A stretch of DNA of 64,000 nt, taken from positions 10,875 to 74,874 of the forward strand of contig PRDI01000039.1 in the NCBI GenBank assembly GCA_003345595.1. Direction: 5' to 3'. Numbering within the stretch: position 1 is the stretch's first letter; each line of letters starts with the position of its first letter. The position numbers were made by a program, and so were the translations under genes. Below are positions 18,482 through 27,400 of this stretch, piece by piece. The notes under the pieces are model-generated. The model did no database searches and had not been told where the DNA came from. It saw only the letters and a list, made by a program, of their open reading frames with translations. Origin of the DNA: Candidatus Thorarchaeota archaeon (GTDB lineage: Archaea; Asgardarchaeota; Thorarchaeia; Thorarchaeales; Thorarchaeaceae).

Positions 18482-21400
18482 ATGAAGAGAGGTAGCATCT
18501 CTGCGATAGTCATGACCATGTTGTTTCTTATCACAGCTGTAGATTTCGCAGGCAGTCCAATTGCGGCTGTCCCCGAGGCCAGGTCCGGCCTAATGGACGA
18601 AGGTTTCACTGAGGCAGGGCAGCCTGCCTACACCGGAACAGGTGCCGCAAGGACTGCTACGCTCAAGGGGCTTGTGACAAACACCTCCGCCGGCCCGTTG
18701 ATAATTGACACTGCATCTGCTGACTATGCACGAGTGAATGTACCTTCGGGGTGGACTGGGACATACGTTCGATCCGACATCAACATGATGTCAATGTGGT
18801 CCGATGACGAACTGAACAACGGAAAGCTTGACACGTATCATGATGAACTATGGCTGGGGATGAACTACGATTCAGAAGCCGTGGCCGTACCTAACCTCTG
18901 GACACTTGTGAAGTCAGAAAGTGGAACTGGCTCAGGCAGAGAGCTGCATCCGCTACACGGGATCTTTGAATTGAATGCTTGGAGTGGAGATGGATATGGC
19001 GGATCTGGATCAATGGGGTGGCTTTTCGAGGCTGCATGGGCATCTGCCAACGTCCTGACAGCAAATGATGAAGTATACTTGAGCCAGCAGGTTGAGGTCG
19101 CGCACCGGGACCTGTTCTCAGCCAAGGTCACTTTCATGTACAACGTCTACTCTTCTTCGTCTATGCTCAACCAGACTCATCTCTTCGTCAGAATTGGCAG
19201 TAGTGTAACTAAGCTCTATGTCTTCGAGAGCACCGATGTGCAGAGTACTTGGCTTCAGGCCTCTGTTGACATACCGGTTTCTGCATTCCTTACCACGACT
19301 GTACCCTGCCAACTGCTGCTTGACGTGGGTCTTGCAACTGACCTCAGTGGATCTCAGGCAAATGCACGAACGAGCCAAGTCTTCATTGACGAGATTCAGT
19401 TCCTCTTACAGGTGCGGCCTTTTCCAGAACAAATCGCTCTGAAGGCGAACGGCACTGCTCTGGCCGGTTCCACATCTGGAAGCGTGTCACCCTACGTTCC
19501 AGACGGTGCCAACCGGGACTGCTATGATGACGTAAGCACGGGCGTTGACTTGGATGGATACAGCAACAATGGCATTCTGGACGTTGGTCATTGGGACACA
19601 ACCTGGAACGTTGCTTCGACCTTTCAGGTCGGTTTCCAATTCCAGCTGAGTATTCCCAAGGGAGCTGGCATCACGTCCGCCTATCTCGAAGTCGAGGCTG
19701 CAGAAACGTCCTATACACCCGGAATGAGAATCTACGTTGCAGATGCGGATACTGTTTCAGCGTTCACAAGCGGTCTTCCCCACTTAGAAAGCAGATACAC
19801 ATGGGTTCAAACAAGCATCGACTGGAACCCAACGGCGTGGACGACCGACGTAAGGTATGCTTCTCCTGATATTTCAGGCCTCATTGAGAAGGTTGTCACA
19901 AGATCCGGATGGGCAAGTGGGAACTACATCTGCCTGATGCTCAACTTCACCTATTCAACATACTACCAGTGCTATAATGGCATAAAGGGCACGTCTGCAT
20001 ATGACGGTGTTGACTTGGCTCGCCTTTTTGTGAATTACGTGACTGCAGGCGCTACTCCAGAGAAATACACGGCATCTGGAACTTGGACGGGTCCTAGAGC
20101 TCTGTCAGTGACATACACGACAACGTCCAAGCCAGTGGTAACACTTGACACAGCTACATCTGTCAACGTTACGACTACCTTGAGCTCTTTGGACAACAGT
20201 AACAGCGTCGGCACGACATTCAGCGTGTCCAACGCGTCATCCGTGACCTGGACAGGCAACGTCTTGGTTTCTCCTCCAGCTGGAGTGGGATATACAAACA
20301 TCTCGTTCAGTAAGCCATCTACTTGGACATTCGTTAGCCTTACAGATGCGGACGGCTCTACTCGGACTTCAGAGGTCACCACGACAACCACAGAGGTCCG
20401 AGTCAAGTCATCAGTTGTTGATGTATTCGGAATCTGGAGGTTTGTCTTCACGGCTTCTGACGGCGCGACAAACCTGCAGTGCGGTGTCAACGCTGGCAGC
20501 TATGCAAGCACCTACACGTACACCGTAGGCAGTTCTGCCTGCTTCAGGGGTGCAGCACCCCCCACAGCCAACTCAGTAGAGCGACTACTACTCACCGCCC
20601 CCAACGGACAGCTCTTCTATGCCGCAGATAACATCTCTCAAGACAGCAGCGGCTATTTCACATGGACGGGCATCACGGTGACCGGTTCATGGGCGGCAGG
20701 CGTATGGTCTGCAGATGTCAATCTCAATAACACTAGGGGCGCCTACCCCTCAATCACTGGCAGATACAGTCGCACTTTCACCGTCGTGCATGCGACGAGC
20801 CTTGCTCTGCAATCGCCAGTAAGTCAGACTTCGACCAAGACGGCGGGCGATCTGCTGTACGTTGAGGTAAAGCTCACTGACACGGACAACTTGGCTCTTA
20901 TTGGTGGAGCGACGGTCACCATGAACTGGACCGTGTCCGGCACTCCAACCGTGAAGACTTTGGACGATTTCGGCAATGGACTGTACGGGAAAACGCTGAA
21001 CACCACTGACTTGGGGACTGCAAAGAGATGGAGGATCCAGCTGTCTGCATCTAGGCAGTACTATACAGGATCGACCACTTACTTCAACTTGGACCTGTGT
21101 CATACGACATACTTGACATATCAGACCCCCGTGTCCACACCATATGGGGACGACTTCAAGGTCAAGGTGAATCTCTACGATGCTTTCAGTGGGGCCCTGA
21201 TTTCGGGCGCAACGATAACCTCCAATGCGACACTTTTCGGTTCACCTACGGACCACGGCAACGGTAGCTATACTGTTACCCTCGAAACAAGCGGGCTTGG
21301 TGTTGGGGACTATCTCTATCGTATCAATGCCGCGCCCAGCAGTACATACCTATTGTCCTGTTCTGTCAACATCAAGTTTACTCTGCGTAATATATTCACG

Positions 21401-24400
21401 GCGACCTTTTTCGTCGGTGGAAGCGGTGTTTCGACGCCGTATTCCGTCAGTTCGTCCAAGGTGATTACCTACAATGACACCGATCACGCATCTGCCGGAA
21501 TAGCCGGAGCAGGCAACTCAGTTCAGTCGCCCTCGGGTATTGTGGCAACTGTATCTGACTCTGGAGGGGGCAGATACACTGTCAACATCAATGTAGGCAC
21601 AAAGTCAATCGGAACCTATCTCATCAATGTAACGCTATCAAAGACGAGCTACTACAGCAGCACCATTCGGATCTCACTGACGATTACGGCCCACAACACC
21701 TACATAGTTGCTAAGTATACTACGCCTGTACCATGGGGTTTCAGTTCACCATTTACCGTGTCATGGTATGATGCAGATGCTAGTGGGGCCAACATCTCAG
21801 GCTCGGTGGCTGTCAGCAGCGTCACTGTCAATGGACAGTCATATGGAAGTAGCTTGAGCTTCACATACATCTCGAGCAGTCTGACAGTCGGAAGCTATAA
21901 CCTCAATGTCACTGTGAATTCCGGAAACGCGAACTACAAGAGCTCATGGGAGGTTGTAACGATTGTGGTGAGGGCGCATTACACCACAATCGCAGCGGTC
22001 GTAGGCAACTCTACACCATGGGGGTTCAACACAGTCGTCACGGTCACGTTCTGGGACACCGATGCCGGCGTTCAAGTGCCTCTGGCGAACGTGTCCACAA
22101 TCGTTTACACTCCGACTGGCTACGCCGTGCAGACTCCGACCAAGAGCTACACTCCCACTCTCACGACCAACACATGGGGCGTAGGGGTTGTTTCAACCAC
22201 TGTGAGCGCAACATGTGTACTCTCCAACAAGTTCTATACTTCGGCTGTAAACAGCTTCATCATCTCAATCAGAGCGCACCACACAACAGTCAGCGCAGTC
22301 ACTGGATCTTCAACGCCGTGGGGATTCAACACGCCGGTGATGGTTACATTCTGGGATTCTGATACTGGTAGCGAGGTACCTCTTGCGAACGTGTCCACAA
22401 TCCAGTATTCTCCCACTGGTTACGCCGTACAGACACCGACCAAGAGTTACACCCCCACTCTCACGACGAACACATGGACTGTCGGTGCGGTGTCGACTGG
22501 GATATCTGTGTCTTGCGTCGACTCCAACAAGTACTACAATACGGCCTCCAGCAGTTTCGTCATAACGGTGAGGTCGCACCATACTTCACTTTCAGCTTCT
22601 GTTATAGGCCCAACAGCATGGGGGTTCAATACTGCCGCCAACGTTGTGTTCTGGGACACAGACTCCAATTCGCAAGTGCCCTTGGCGAATGTTTCGACAA
22701 TCCAATACTCTCCTACTGGCTACTCTGTACAGAGCCCGACCAAGAGCTACTCACCAACGCTGACAACCAGCTCTTGGGCAGTTGGAACAGTATTGACAGG
22801 TATCTCGGCCAGCTGCATGAGTTCCAATGCATACTATGAGGCGGCGTCAAGCACGTTCAACATCGTGATCAGAGCTCACCGCACCTCCGTTTCTGCAAAA
22901 GGGGGCATGACATCCCCCTATGGGAACAACACTCCTGTCAGTGTCGTCTTTTGGGATCTCGACAGCGATGTCCAAGTTAGCCTCGCTAATGTCAGTGCGG
23001 GTGGGGTATCATTCAATGCCGGTGCTCTGGGAACACAGAGCTTCAGTACATACACCCCGACGTTACTGACTGGCACTTGGTCAGTAGGCACGCATAGCGT
23101 CACATTGACTGTGACGTGTGTGCAAACCAACAAGTTCTATGACACTGCCTCTTACACATTCACGATAACGATTCGGAGCTTGGGAGTCTACCTCTACCAT
23201 GAGCCGAGTGATCTGGTCTTCCCAAGTGGGGACAGTTTCACGATTGTGCTTCGTATCAACGTGAGCGAACCGGGCAACCAGTACAACGGGAACCCGATCA
23301 TTGGCCTGACTGCGGGGGAATTCACAGTCACCAATTCTACATACACCTTCCCCAAGACGATCGCAGGGCTTGGGGCTGGCAGGTACAACCTCACCATCAG
23401 CAGCTCCTACCTGAACATGAATGCATATACAATCACCGTGGTTGTCGATCCTACAAGCCTGAACTATGCGACCGCCTCCCTCGTGATATCGTTCAGTTAT
23501 CGACCAGCCCGGAGCTACTTGTCATCTCCAAGCTATCCACATGTCACTACACCATATGGCATAGACATCGCAATCTCCCTGAATTACACAGATGTGGACC
23601 GTAACAAAGGGATAATCACTGCAGCCGTTTCGGCTCAAGGCATTTCCATCTACGGAATCCAGAACTTGGGCAATGGCATCTATCGGGTGACACTGAACGT
23701 AACGGGTTTGTCCAAGGGCGACCATCTGTTCAACATCAGTGCATCTGCACCGCAATACGAAACGAAGATCCTGACGTTCACTCTTACGGTCAGAATCGCC
23801 TATACCTCCGCTATTCCCACAGTCGGTTCCCTTGACATTCCTGTCGGCAATAGCCCGATCTTCTTTGTGAGGTTCTGGGACACCGACCGCGATCAGCCCG
23901 TGACGAGCGCCTCCATGACATCTTCTTGGATTCGAACCCTAACTGCAATCTACTTACCTGCAGAACAGAGGTATCAGGTACAGTTCGTGACTCTGGACAC
24001 TGATGAATTGAGGCCGAACCTTGTAGTTAGATTCAACTTCTCATATGGCGAAAACTATCAGTTTGGCATCTTCAATATTACAGTCACCATCAGGACGCAC
24101 AGCACAGAGTTCCGTCTAGTGAGTGCTGTACAACCGACCTCGTACAATGGAATGATTAACATATCGTTGTACTACGGCGACCTCGACAATAATGCTGGTA
24201 TTGACTCGGGTCTTGTTTCGCACAAGGTCAAAAACTCTACCGGACTCGTTTTATCAAGCTTGATTAATAGCGGCAGCGGCTACTATGTTGTACGAGTATC
24301 CGCGTCTCAGTTCCGTAGCTTGGGCCTGCAGACTCTGACGGTCTACTTCAACTGGACCGGGTCGATCTACAAGTACTATAACAAGACCGTTGTGGCAGGA

Positions 24401-27400
24401 GCCAACATCATAGGGGAGGACTCCAAGTATACGCTGTTGCAGGCTTCTGAGCCGACACCCTATCTCGACAACATGAGCTATACATTCCTGTATGCCGAGC
24501 TCTACAGCGGCACTGGTATTACCAATGCAACTCAAAACGTGTTCATCAGTGTTATGTTCCAAGGGGAATCGGCGGATCTCTCCAAGGTCAACATCTGGGA
24601 AACGAACAGAGGCACAAGCCCCGGGTACTATTCCATCCGGTTCAACACTACCCTGTTTGCTCACACGGGTCTCATTTACATGAATGTGTTCATCAACTGG
24701 TCAAAGGGTGTTTCACCGTTCTACACCAATCGCACTGATGTCATTTCTGTGCGCATTCTCGCTCGAGATACTCTAGTATCCATCTTCCCACCATCACCAA
24801 CGGCATGGGGTGAGAATGCGACGTTCTCTTTCACCTATGATGATGTCACAGGAGGTGGAAGTGAGCCAATCGGTATTGACGCCAAGATGACAATATCGCT
24901 TAGTCTGTCCAGCTTCACTCTGACCTACAACAGCTTGACAAAGACATTCTCGGTGTCGTTTAGCACGAGCCAATCACCGATTGGTGATGCGCCAATAGGC
25001 TCTAAGTCGTTCATATTGAACGTCAGGTGGGCCGGGTCACCATATTACGCAAACCGAACTGGACTTTCAGTCACGATTACGGTGATCGCTCGGCAGACGG
25101 TTCTGGATTATCAGTCTCCGGCTCCGACTCAGTACCTTGACAATGTCACTTTCATCGTGACGTGGACTGATGTGACGGCTTCTCCTGTGGGCATCACTGG
25201 TGCAACAGTGACGCTCTATGATGGGGTTACCCCAGTATCAGCTACGAAGTACAAGGTCACACCACAGGGAGGTGGCAGCTACTCAGTCCAGCTCAATACC
25301 ACCTACAAGGCCTCGCCAGGGACCTATTCATTGAGGATTATCCTAACAAGACCCGAGTTCTACATACCGCTCGCTAACTCCTCGAGACCGTTCAACATCA
25401 GGTACCGCGTTACACTCGTTTCGGCAGAGCTGCCCGGTGAAGTTCCATACAACTCGTCAGTTGTGGTGAACGTTCACTATCGCGATTCACTGAAGCTGAC
25501 TGAGATTGGCAACGGCAGCGGGCTCACTTCTATAAGGATTCTCAATGGTACAGGTTGGCTCTTCACCTGTTCTTGGCAACCTGCATTCGCTTACTATGTT
25601 CTCACAGTCTACACTTACAATCACCCTGAGCTCCAGATTGGCAAACTCTACACACTCCACATCAACATGACATACGCGAGTCAGGTTCCATTCTATGATT
25701 GGGATGATACCTTCGTTTCATTCCAGTTGCGCCTGAGAGTCACAACTCTGAGTGCCTCGGCTCCGACATCCACGCCCTATCTGAACTACGCAAACTTCAC
25801 AATTGACTATCTTGATGTGGATGCGGGTGGCATGGGCATTGGATCCGCCAGCATCTCCATCAGGAAAGGCGGTGTGCTCCTGCTGCTCGGAACAGAGTAT
25901 CTTGCCACCGAGAATTCTCCGGGTGTGTGGGCCATATCGGTTAACACCACTGCACTTGGAGGTCTTAGCACATGGCAGGTGGTCGTGTATGCGACATGGT
26001 ACGGTAGACCCTACTACTCGAACAGGACACAGTCTGTAGACATTCCAGTCATTCGGCGTCCCACTTCTGTTGATATTCTAGTACCGCCATCACTGACTCG
26101 ATATCTTGACAGTGTTATGTTCACAATAGCCTATGTTGATTCGGGAAGAGGATACTACATCTCTGGGGTATCCGACAAAATCCTCATCCTTAACGGCACA
26201 AAGTATCTATCTTCTGGCCAGTATACCGTGGTAGCAGGGACATTTCCTGGGACATTCGACATAAGAATTAACTCGACCATTCTTAGTGCCCGGTTGCTGA
26301 CGAACTACCAGCTGATCGTGAAGGTCTACTGGCTCATTTCTGTGCCCTACTATGCAAACAGCACGACTACTGTACGGGTGACAACCACCAACAGAGTTGG
26401 TACACTGACCTGGAATCCGATAGACAATACGCCCCTCGGGGATTTGATGAACCTCACCTTCTACTACAAGGACTCAGACACCGGTGCAGGGATTGCTAAC
26501 GCAATTGTGCAGTTCGACTGCGTGCAGAAACCGGGTCTCCAGGTCGGAGTTGACTACACGATCGAGAAAGGTACTGGAGCAAGCACAGGTACATACATAG
26601 TCCGAGTTGACACCGAACGGCTGTTGGGCATACGGACCTACGCGTTCACATTAACTGTTCTGTGGAGTCCCACTACTGTCCCGTACTACTCTAATCAGAC
26701 GCCTAGGTCTATAGGCGGCACAGTCAGGATAATCTCCGCTTCGCTTACTACTGGTCTTCCCACGCCTTCAACAGTGCCATACTACGAGATTGTGTCGATC
26801 GATGTAACTTTCGACGACGCCGACCATTTGCGGCCCATCCCAGGCGTGACAAAAAGCAATGTGAGCGTTACGTACGTACCGGGTGCACAACCCGAAGTTT
26901 GGGGATTCAGCGAGTTAGGCGGCGGCGTCTACAGGATCACAGTGAACATCTCTGATTCAGGACTTGCTGGACTGAAATCGCTGAAGATAGCCTTCAACTG
27001 GTATCCGTACACTGTATTAGAGAGACAGGTTCAGTTCCAGGTCAGATACAGGAACGGAGCATTGTCAGCTCCTTCGACTCTACCTCCGTTCTACGCAGGC
27101 GATCCATCCTTCATCGTCCTGAATCTCACTGACATTGATGGCGGGAAACCACTAGCAGGCGGCACATTGGCCATTACATGGGGCTCAACCAGCTCTTGGC
27201 AGTATATTGGCTCAGGGCTGTACAATGTGTCTTTCGCGACGCTTGGAATGCCTGCGGGCTCTCGGACTATGCAGATACAGGCGTCCAAGGCCAACTTCAC
27301 CATTCAGCTATTAATGGTCGATGTATACCTCAGGGCCGTTCCGATGGCGATTCTGCCCGGAGAGGACCTCGATGGTAAGTCAGTGTACTGGGGCAGCACG

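Noticed and set aside
21971-23173. CRISPR array or mobile-element repeats
   Set aside because: The repeats are in-frame 300-nt coding units with no unique spacers, and no cas or transposase gene is recognisable
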